A DNA stretch of 64,000 bases from NCBI GenBank assembly GCA_051453625.1, contig JBOZIK010000001.1, positions 12,371,463 through 12,435,462 of the forward strand, in the 5' to 3' direction. The first letter of the stretch is position 1. Each line of letters starts with the position of its first letter. This document shows, piece by piece, positions 1-10,009 of this stretch. Below the pieces are notes generated by a model. It did no database searches. It saw nothing but the letters and a program-made list of their open reading frames with translations, and was not told the DNA's origin. This DNA comes from Welwitschia mirabilis. Its lineage: Eukaryota. The position numbers and the translations under genes are program-made.

Positions 1-831
1 TGGTAAGTTTTTAATAGGGGATTGTGCATAATCTTTATTAAGAAGATCCGGGAAACACATTCCATCACATGGTAGAATATCTTTTGCTGAATATATTATC
101 AAACAAAAAAAAGAAAAAAAAGAAAAAAAGGAAAACACCACAAAGCTCTACTATAAGTGCACATGACAAATATTCCTAAGAGGGGCCTTGGTAGTGCAAT
201 ATGGTAACTGTGAGAACTCCACTAAGGGGTCATTTGGCCACAATCTAGATATAAAAGGGGGAACAAGAAATATACAGGTCCTTACTTCTTTAGTAGTGGT
301 TGCACTTTTCTCATTGTGATAAACTTAAGTTGTAAAAAATAAAAGTTGAGGAATACTTATATCTCAAGAGTCATTTAAGACATAGCTAATTATCAAAACT
401 ACAACTCTATCATAAATTTCAATCAAAAATTTAAAAAAAAAGAAAAGAAAAGGGAAAAAAGAAAAAGAAAGAAAGAAAAGAGACCAAAGAAGAAAAGAAA
501 TCAAAAGAGGAATATTCAAATTTGTGATGGAATGTGTATCCAAATATTTTCAATTGAATAGCATGCACAATCATTAAATTCTATTTTAACAAAGGAAAAA
601 AGTTTTAAAATCATTTTACATTATCTTAACAATTTGATAAATTATTTAGTTTGAATTTCTTTAAAGGAATTGATATTCCCATAATAAATGAGAATAGTTA
701 TAAGCAAAATTTATTTAAAATAAAGATTAAAAAGCTTATTAAGCCAAAGAGTTTATTACATCTAGTTATAGAAATAAAAACAAAAACATTTTCTAAGTTA
801 CTAAGAAAATAAATCAACCAACAAAAGCAAC

Positions 832-1504
832 TTAATTCTTGAAGTGACCAGAAAATTTATTCTTCCTGTTAGAACACCTAGTCTTGGAAGACCATCCCAT
901 AAAAGTATTACCTAGGGGTAGTAAATACATCTCACTTAGAGACTCAGATAACATATTGATCTCTTCTGGGTGAGCTCGCCAAAAGGTTTGGTAAGGCTTA
1001 GCATTCCATATTATTGTTTGAATTTTTTTCTTATCAAAACTTAATGTAGTAAGACTAAGCACAGGGTTTATGCCTTACAGTTGATCAACCTTTTCTCTAA
1101 TACTTACATCTGCCTAGCTAACTAGTCTAAAAAAAAAAATCATAAACTGAGTCTTTGTGATTAATTTACTAATGAAGCTCTTCATTCTCACCCTCAGATA
1201 CTTGCCTACTAATTCATGGATCATGGAACCAAAACTTGGGGGGATGACACTATTTTTAAAATGATCCTTGTCAGCCTTAGTAATAAAAGATTCTAAGGTA
1301 TTTAAGACCTCTAAAGTTGATTTGTAATCATAGTACAAGAACTACTATATCTTTTTTTTGGACCTAACCGAAATTTGAGGTAATTGGGTGTCTACCCTCC
1401 TAATGCACATGTTTATCTATGTGGAATCTGAATTGAACAGGTAGTATTTTACCTTTTTTGACACTCAAGGCAATAATGCAAGAGTGAGGGGTAATGCAAG
1501 CCAT
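832..1504 (-). pseudogene. Accessory ORF-A of element D (antisense to the element), about 220 codons, unknown family, frameshifted
   Basis: Track ORFs 1114-1338 and 832-1062 plus upstream INMCIRRVDTQLPQI align along their length with the translation of 15136-15740(+). ATG at 1504-1502. Confidence 0.75.
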
Positions 1505-2069
1505 AAGTATTAACTGAGAAAATAAGGAATAGAAGATTATTTAATGGAGAAATTCTAAAGCTCAAGTAGAGAATATGAATGATTAGCATAAAAGAATGAG
1601 ATTTATAACATAAGTATTCCTAGAATGACTAACAAGTGTGATTTTTTTTAAGTTACTTAGTGCACACGTGCTTAGTATTTAAGTAGAAGATTGTGTAAAA
1701 ATTACATACATGTTCTATCCAATAGATGAAGTATGCCAAGTATCAGCAATGATCTTTGAATAAGAAAATAATAGAGGAATTTTAAGCCGACTAACGTTCA
1801 ATTTGAAGTTGGAACTTTAGATTGATTTATAATTACTTTAGTTTTTCCTAAGCTAAAAGCCATTATAAGGATCCACTAAACTTTATCATTATTAATTACA
1901 TTGCCAAGTTATTAGTAAAACCTCGAAAATACTTTTAATTGAAAGAAGACCTTTAGACCATATTTAATAATGCAGAATTTTTTTCGCAGGGGAGCATAAC
2001 AAATAAAAGTTACCAACATTTTCCCTCTAAGAAGATATTATCATAAAATAGGCCTTGAAATTAAGTTTA

Positions 2070-2490
2070 TCCAGTTGACCAACACTTACTCAAAGCTAAA
2101 AATTTAAGTCAAATTTTGAGCGAACTTGATAAACATTGAGACTACATCTGCATAAGCCATCATTGCCTAGTTGATTGATACCAACTTAAAGGTAAACTTT
2201 AAGTCAGATTTTAGACTAAACTAATGTAATAAGAATCTTTAAAAAAAAAAAGATTTTGGCTGATAGTAATTCAAAGTCAAAACTTTGAGTTACATCTCAT
2301 GCCAACTTGATTGTCTTCTTGCATGCTAAAAACTTGTAATGAAACAATGATCACCTGGTTGATTAACGTCAACTCAAAGTCTAAACTTTGAGTTGGATTT
2401 CAAGCCAAGCCACCAAAATGCAAGTTCAAGAAGTTGACTAATACCAACCTAAAGCTAAATCTTTGAACTAGGTTTTAAATCGACTGCATT
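2070..2490. repeat. Degenerate tandem array of about 5 units with roughly 75-100 bp spacing in the ORF-A/ORF-B spacer
   Basis: Recurring gttga(c/t)..a...caac(t/c)(c/t)aaag..aaa(c)ttt(g/a)agt motif near 2074, 2170, 2258, 2358 and 2432. Confidence 0.65.
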
Positions 2491-3379
2491 TTCTTAAACT
2501 TATTTCTGAAGGGAGGGTCTTCTTATTGATGATTCCCATCAACTTTCAACTATATCTCTTTCACATGACATCACTTTTTTTATTCTTACTTTTTTCATTA
2601 TGATAAGTGACTAGAATTTGAAGGAATGCATCAAGAATTTGAGAGTTTTCTATTATTACCTTCAAATTCCTTCGACCAACTCCATAATGGATTCGACGAT
2701 TGTCATTAAGAACTCATCGAACCCGGTGTTGCAAAGAGTGACCACCACTTAAATATGACATTATGTTCCTCAATCATTACATTAAGCTTTTTCTTAATGA
2801 CCCTGGTCTCATTATTAATGATTGCATCACATGTCAGTTCCATGTCATCTAAACTACATTACCATCTGCAACATCACTTCTAAGTTAGCAGATTTTCTTA
2901 CTATTCACCTTACCAACATGTCATTCTATTCTCTAGTATTAGGAATGTTCTAAATAATTATAGTTACATCTATTTAGTTTCTAGTAAAAATTGTCATTTA
3001 GTCTTCATATGTGTAAAGTTAATACAATAGTAATTACAAGTATTTTTTCCTTTTTTAAATGGGAAATACATTAATAAATTTCACTCGTACCCTTGAATTT
3101 TACTTTAATCATGCTTGAGTGGTTTTTCGTATTTAAGCTCTTGAGTAATGGCGGAATACCTTCATGTAAAAATCTCAAGTATGGCCACAATTTTAATTTC
3201 AACATTCTCAAGAATGCCAAATTTAACATGGGAGCATAGTTGAATACACTTTTAATTTGTGAAAATGATGTTTTATATTCTTAGGAAGAAAAGTCTTACT
3301 TAGTAAGTTGTTTTCAAAGGTTTTTTATAAATAAATTTCTTTTTAAAGCACCTTTTTCCATACCTAACTATAATAATTA

Positions 3380-5674
3380 CAAAAATTTAACAAAATGTAG
3401 GATTATTTTTTCATTGAATTTAACACAAGTTCTTTTAGATTCCTGCTTAATTGAATTCAAACAGAGGATTGTCAAGCTAGGATGGTATGAATGGCTTACC
3501 CTAAATGACAGATTATCCTTAGAATTTATCTATGAATTTTACAAGAATTTAAGAAAAAATGATGCTAAAGGCATGCTATAAATAATGGTGAAAAATAAAA
3601 TAATAGTAATTACCTAAGAAAATATTAGAGAAATGTTGCATTTATCACTTAAAGAAAAATATATTGGTGATATTAGCAGAAAAGAAGACACAAATATAAG
3701 CATGAGTCTTCTAGGAAGGATGGCAGTGTAAGGAAGAATTTAAGTGAAAAAAGATACGGAATTTCAGTGAAAAAAGATACGGAATTTCAGTGAAAAAAGA
3801 GTTAAGTTTCCTGAGAATTATAGGGCACATGACCACTCAACTGAAACCGAGAATATCCTCTTCTGCCTCTTAGAGTCTACCATTGCTGCCTCCATCTAAT
3901 ATATTCCATGACCTAATCTAATTCACATTTTAAGAAGTCCTACCTTTCCATTTGCTTCAATATGATCAGTTCTCTAAAGCACTAGAGGAAGACAAGATGG
4001 ACAACCTTTGTAGTGCTTTGAACTTAATGAAAGATGAAATTCAAACCTATCTCGATAGAAAAGAGGAATTTTTAGCATTGAAAAGCTAAGTTGGTAATTT
4101 AAAAATTGAGATTGAATTCTTAAGACAAAGATTAGATCAAGAAAGGGAAAACAATGGAAAGCTATGCTGTAAAATCACTAACAAGGAGGAAAAAATTTAG
4201 CTCTTCTATGCTTTCAAAGATATGAGCAAAAAATTACAAAGAGCTTATAAATACATTGTTAAACTAGAGACTTCTACTAAGGATAGGGAAGAATTAGAGA
4301 ATCTTCCAAGAGAAAGACCAGACATGTTAGTATCCTTATTATAGAATTTAGCTTCAAGAAAGAAATATAATGCTAAATATATAGAGTATCAACAAACCTT
4401 CATTACATTTATGCATAATGAAGGGCTTGACCCCTGAACAAGGAATATTTATACAAAATCTACGTAGACCTATAGGTGATGAATGAAAAATTCATGAAGA
4501 TTCATGCAGAAGCTCAACAATATAAAAATAAATGGCTTAAAGCCTAGAATTATTTAGTATACTATCACTCCCTTTTAGATGTAAATAAGAAAGTCATGGA
4601 TCACATGATGGAAGAAAAAATAAGGCTCTTAAGAATTAGATGGGAGAGGAAAGCTCTTCTGATCAGCCTCTACAAGATTCCTTAATAAAACAAATATCTT
4701 CAAAAATAAAAGAGAAAATCAGAAGAATAGTAAATTCAATTCAGGGCATTTCCTTAACTTCTTTAACTCTGACTGCTGAGATTAAGAACAAAATAAACTT
4801 AAGTATTATTAATGCTTTAAAAGAATCTTATGTAGAGTTAAAGAAGAACATCAAAATAATAAGTTCTAAAGCTACCTAACTTATTATTCAGAATTTGGAA
4901 AAAAAGAATATGATACTGCTCCATGAGCTTTACCTTATGGAAGTAAAGTTGGATAAAAGAATTAGGTTTAGGCATGAAGAATTAACTGATTTACACAACC
5001 TTGACTAGTACCCCCAATAATTATATGACTTCATTAATAAATTTAAAGAATATTTAAAAAGTATTATTTATAAAACTTCTAGGAAATAATCAAATTTAAG
5101 CAAGAATTCAAAAATTTTTTGAATAACACTGCAATAAAATTTTATAAGATACTAGAAAAATATGAGTCTGATGTAAAAGGTTTTGTAGTGTCCTCTTAGG
5201 ATTTTTAATAGTTATATTCTTTTAGAGATCAAATTATATAGAATATGACTATGCTGGGAGGCACTTTTATCAATATTTTTTCAAAACTATAAAATAAAAA
5301 TTCTTCCAAAACATATATAGTCCCCTTTGGAAAAACTTCTAGAATAGAACTACAAGTTGAGGCAACTTTAGAGCCTGAACGTGTACCTAAAAGTCCCTGA
5401 AAAAAATCCTTCTAGCTCCGAAAAGAAAGAGAAAAAAAGTAAAGTAGCCAAAAGCTCCTCCATGAGGCAAAGGCAACGATAGAAACTTAGCTACTCTGGA
5501 GCAGATAGACACAGATACCATAGATATAAGTCATTCTACTCTTTAGAAGGCACATAGGAAAGTTTAGCTACCTTGAAACTGGAAAAATAATTTGTCCAAT
5601 TAGCCAAGAAAATGGAGGAATCAAAATCCAGTGAGGAGCACCCTTTTGTTTTCAAAAGGAGAAAAGGAAAATGA
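3380..5674 (+). pseudogene. Accessory ORF-B of element D (sense, 'env-like' position): plant-transposon-protein-like N-terminal domain, coiled-coil region, basic C-terminus; many stops
   Basis: LIEFKQRIVKLGWYEWLTLNDRLSLEFIYEFYKNL (about 3445-3550) matches track ORF 12529-12744. FITFMHNEG and the C-terminal QLAKKMEESKS are shared with the element C copy. Confidence 0.75.
3744..3800. repeat. Perfect 23-bp tandem repeat, 2.5 copies (GTGAAAAAAGATACGGAATTTCA)
   Basis: Read directly from the sequence. Confidence 0.9.
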
Positions 5675-5678
5675 TGAG

Positions 5679-5707
5679 TCTCTCTCTTCCTCTCCCTCTC
5701 TCTCTCT

Positions 5708-5744
<37 letters not shown>
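5679..5744. repeat. Interrupted (CT)n microsatellite
   Basis: Read directly. It explains the ERERER stretch in track ORF 5536-5865. Confidence 0.95.
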
Positions 5745-5747
<3 letters not shown>

Positions 5748-5797
5748 GTATATATTTATTTTCTAAGGGACTAATAAAACCTTGAGCTTGGGGGAAT

Positions 5798-7362
5798 TGA
5801 TAATGATTAATTATGATGTAAACTTTACTTATTAATGAAATGTTTTCATTTTTATAATTATGCATTTTAAAGAATAATAAATGTTTTTAAGTAAATGTAC
5901 TTACTAATCAATAGGTTAGTTAGTTAGTATGTTGGTAAGTTAGTGTATATATTTTATTATTTAGTTACAAGTACAGAATGCCATTTGGCATGAAGGTGAG
6001 AGAGAAGGCTAAGATGGTGAAAAAGTAGTAACAACCTCAATTATAAACCTATACCTAAGGAGAAAATNNNNNNNNNNNNNNNNNNNNNNNNNNNNNNNNN
6101 NNNNNNNNNNNNNNNNNNNNNNNNNNNNNNNNNNNNNNNNNNNNNNNNNNNNNNNNNNNNNNNNNNNNNNNNNNNNNNNNNNNNNNNNNNNNNNNNNNNN
6201 NNNNNNNNNNNNNNNNNNNNNNNNNNNNNNNNNNNNNNNNNNNNNNNNNNNNNNNNNNNNNNNNNNNNNNNNNNNNNNNNNNNNNNNNNNNNNNNNNNNN
6301 NNNNNNNNNNNNNNNNNNNNNNNNNNNNNNNNNNNNNNNNNNNNNNNNNNNNNNNNNNNNNNNNNNNNNNNNNNNNNNNNNNNNNNNNNNNNNNNNNNNN
6401 NNNNNNNNNNNNNNNNNNNNNNNNNNNNNNNNNNNNNNNNNNNNNNNNNNNNNNNNNNNNNNNNNNNNNNNNNNNNNNNNNNNNNNNNNNNNNNNNNNNN
6501 NNNNNNNNNNNNNNNNNNNNNNNNNNNNNNNNNNNNNNNNNNNNNNNNNNNNNNNNNNNNNNNNNNNNNNNNNNNNNNNNNNNNNNNNNNNNNNNNNNNN
6601 NNNNNNNNNNNNNNNNNNNNNNNNNNNNNNNNNNNNNNNNNNNNNNNNNNNNNNNNNNNNNNNNNNNNNNNNNNNNNNNNNGAAGGCTAAGATGGTGAAA
6701 AAGTAGTAACAACCTTAATTATAAACCTATACCTAAGGAGAAAATAAAGGAAACAAAAAAATAGAGAGAGGTATAAGAAAGGGATCACCATAAAAGGTCA
6801 AAATATTTTTGGCAAAAGGCTTTAGGAATAGATTCAATAAGAATGTCAAGAAGGGATCTCTGGCCATTTTGTAAAGGGTGTAGCAGCATCTTCAATACTT
6901 TAAAGTGTTACTTGCAAAGGAAAACACAAGCCTTAGTGCATCTTTGTGTAACATTTGGTATTTATATTAAGCTAAAAAGCTACATTTTGAGTATCATTTT
7001 ATGCATGTTCTATCACTTAAAAAAGTAATACTATTTTTATTTACTCCTTTTTGTGCAGCTGAACATAAACCAAAATAATTAATAATACTTAGAAATAAGT
7101 ATTATTTAGTATTTCATCAAATTTATATCATATTCTACTAATTTCTTTATTTCTTCCTACTTTAGTATATGTACATAACAACTTAGCGATAATAAAGTGA
7201 CTTGACTAGTTTAAGTAACTTCATCATGATATTATCATGGTGATGCATTTTGAATAAATGGTTAAATCTCAACTAGTTCTCTAGTAAGCCTTTGATGATT
7301 TTTATTTAAGATGTGAGCTTAGTTTAGGTTAGCAATAGCATAGTTTCTGCATTTTTTCAACA
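5798..7362 (+). repeat. 3' LTR of element D (TGAT...AACA; includes N-gap 6068-6681)
   Basis: Preceded by PPT-like GCTTGGGGGAAT. Distantly similar to the reverse complement of the element C LTRs (e.g. TTAGyATGTTrGTA, CAAGTACA, TAGCATAGTTT near the end). Confidence 0.7.
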
Positions 7363-7687
7363 CTGTTCTCTATTATTTTGTAATATTTTTTGCATTTATT
7401 TCACCATATAAGCACCCATAACATAAGCAAGGTGAGGAGGTATTATTATTATTTGTACTTATTTTTACAATGATAGATTTACTCAATTTTGCTTAAATTT
7501 TGAAAATTAAATTTTCTAGGATACTTTTCCTTTAGCTTATGATTTTTTTTATATTTGTCTAATTTATGCTCTAAATTATTTGTAGTCTACGCGAAAGTAA
7601 AAAAAAGTAATGGACGAATTGAATAAAACTCAAAATGAAAATAAGAAAGTGTAAAAATTATAATCAAATAAAGCCATCTTCATATAA

Positions 7688-7979
7688 TGTTAAATTTTTA
7701 GATAAGTTAGGAAGGAACAAATTATAACTAGATTTCATACATTTTATATGGAATAATACAATATATAACTTGTACAAAAAGATATAACCCTTCATGAAGC
7801 AGATTTTGAATAGTTGTGATGCTTTATTTATATTAATTAACTAATTTTTTACATAAATAAATAAATAAATAAATAAATAAATATTACTAGTTTGTTAAAT
7901 TATAATAAAATACATTTAGTTAAGAGATATGAAATACATTATGTATTATGATTTATTGTCTAACCTATTTCATCTAACA
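7688..7979 (-). repeat. Probable short 3' LTR of copia element G (contains a (TAAA)n tract at 7853-7883)
   Basis: On the minus strand, PPT TTAAGGAAGAA then TGTTAGATG follows RNase H directly. A candidate end is AAATTTAACA at 7688. The partner LTR is not visible, so the left edge is tentative. Confidence 0.55.
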
Positions 7980-7989
7980 TTCTTCCTTA

Positions 7990-8958
7990 AACTTCTAGGT
8001 CTTTCTCTTTGATTTGTAAGTCTTTCATGAACTATTAAAATTTATTTTCTTTAATTGACTTCATAAGTATAGCTGCTACCTGCCATTGGATGTTGCTATA
8101 GTTTAGATGGATGAAATCTTTTAACTCCTTAATGTAATGAAACTTAAGTTGAACACCCTTCATCCTTTTGTGAATTATCTGGTTCTTCACTAGTTTTATT
8201 ATGTTTTAACTATGACAATGGATGGAAATAGGAGTTCATGCCTTTCATGAAGATTGCTTAATATTTGATGAATTCATTTAAATTTGTAACATAACATTAT
8301 TGCTATAATACATTCTAATTTGATGGAGGGAAGTGCAGTTGTCTTCTATTTCTACTTAACCATGAAATAGTATTTCCATGAAGTTAAGTAATATAATTTA
8401 TAGTTGATCCACTATCTTCAGCATCTACCTAATATAAATCTATGTAACCAACTAAACTTTCTTTACTTTTACTAAAGATTATGCTATGTTTCATCATTCT
8501 AGCTAAGTACTTCAATATATTGATCACCAACTTCATGTGTGTTTTTTCCTAAAGAATGCATGATTTTGGTGAGTTTATTAATAGAAAGCATAATATTTAG
8601 CCTTGTATTCATCAAATATATCATCTTGCATATTATCTTTTAATACTTCATGGGATTAATTTTTTTTTGACTACTTTATTAGGATTTATATATGTACTTG
8701 GCCCTATAGGATTATTTCATTGTTAATAGTTCTTCAACTATTATTAATAAAGTATTTTATTAGTATGTTTTAATGTTTCATTGTTTTGTAATATTTGAAA
8801 TCCTTAAAAAACAATAGATAAAAAAAGAACTTAACAGCTCCAAGATTTAATATTTTAAATTTTTAACTAAGGGCATTTCTAACTTCCCTAATCTCTTTTT
8901 CACACTCACTTATTAATATTATATCATCAACATAAAGTAATAGTATGACAAAGGTTAG
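7990..8958 (-). pseudogene. Ty1/copia element G: RT C-terminal half and RNase H remnant
   Basis: Minus-strand LTFVILLLYVDDIILIS (YVDD catalytic motif, about 8910-8958) and KGVQLKFHYIKEL...QVAAILMK (decayed KHIDIRYHFIRE...ADILTK). Confidence 0.9.
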
Positions 8959-9900
8959 TGTTTAACAAAATATGCATAAGCATTACAAAACTATGCACTA
9001 AGATTTTAGAAGTGTAAAACTACTAACTTAAAAACTAGCTTTAATCATTTATTTAACAAGAAATCAAAGGATTCCTAAAAAGCTACTTAATATAGTTAGA
9101 TCTCTAACCAACGTAATTGAAATTGCATTACCAAGATTAAGTCTTGATAAAGGTCAACTTGAATAACTTAGGTTGAAGATTGATACATTTCAACTATGTA
9201 CATGATAAACATTATTAAGCAGAGAAATAAAAAGCATCTAAGATAAATATATTACTAGAACAACACTTATTTCTAAGTAGTTCTAATTATCCTAGTCTAT
9301 GTTTGGTTGCATATATAGGAACAAGAAAAAGTAAACACTAATTTTTTAAGAAATTTTAAAGTAGAACAACATAAAGGATAACTTTATAGTTTTATACTAA
9401 TTTCAATGCTGTAAGGCAATAATTATATAAAAGATAATTGATGAAAATCAATGTTTTCTTTATAGGTAGTGCTAGAATTGGGAAATATACTTGTAACACA
9501 TTTTTAGGGATGCACTAGCTCCTTAAGGTTATTGCCATGAAAGATCTTAGTAAAGCATTAATTATAGTTGCATTTCCTTACTAAAAGATTCCCTTTGCCA
9601 TTGGCCTCTTCTCCTTATACCCTTCTCCCTAGTTTCTCATTAGCTTGTTCTTTTTATTTCTTCTCTAGTATAGCTATGTGTGTTAGGGTATTCTTAAATT
9701 TTAGCTCATCCTTTCTACTATTCATCCTTACATAAATTGGAATTTGTACTTGCAATCGCTATTAATAATAATATATGCAATTCTAACTACTAACATGCTA
9801 ACATAATATTACTAACTAAATAAAATACTAAGTATATTAACTTTTAGCATTAAAACATTTTAACATATAACAAAAACATTCAGAGAATTTATGATCATCA
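8959..9900 (-). repeat. 3' LTR of element C
   Basis: TG...CA termini (TGATGATCAT...TAAACA on minus). Alignable end to end with 22189-23080. Confidence 0.9.
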
Positions 9901-10009
9901 GTTTCCCACATGTTGAATCTTTTATTAGTCCCTTTATCTTTAAATAAAATAAAAAGAAATAAAGAAAAGAAAATAAAACAACTTTACATAAATATATACA
10001 ATATAAAAG

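Larger units (their letters stand above)
1..7362 (+). mobile_element. Element D: 3' half of a decayed Athila-like Ty3/gypsy LTR retrotransposon (post-pol region, two accessory ORFs, PPT, 3' LTR); pol presumably lies left of the window
   Basis: Collinear homology with the reverse complement of element C 8959-16420 (non-coding block, ORF-A, ORF-B, pre-PPT motif AAGGGACTAATAAAA, LTR). Confidence 0.8.

Noticed and set aside
165-240. Hammerhead ribozyme (retrozyme) interpretation of the conserved block
   Set aside because: CTGTGAGA is not CTGANGA and is not conserved in C or F. No correctly placed GAAA or cleavage triplet was seen.
3744-3800. CRISPR-like 23-bp repeat
   Set aside because: Units are directly adjacent with no spacers, there are no cas genes, and the context is eukaryotic TE DNA.
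5536-5865. 109-aa ORF with ERERER run
   Set aside because: Translation of a (CT)n microsatellite, antisense to the ORF-B tail.
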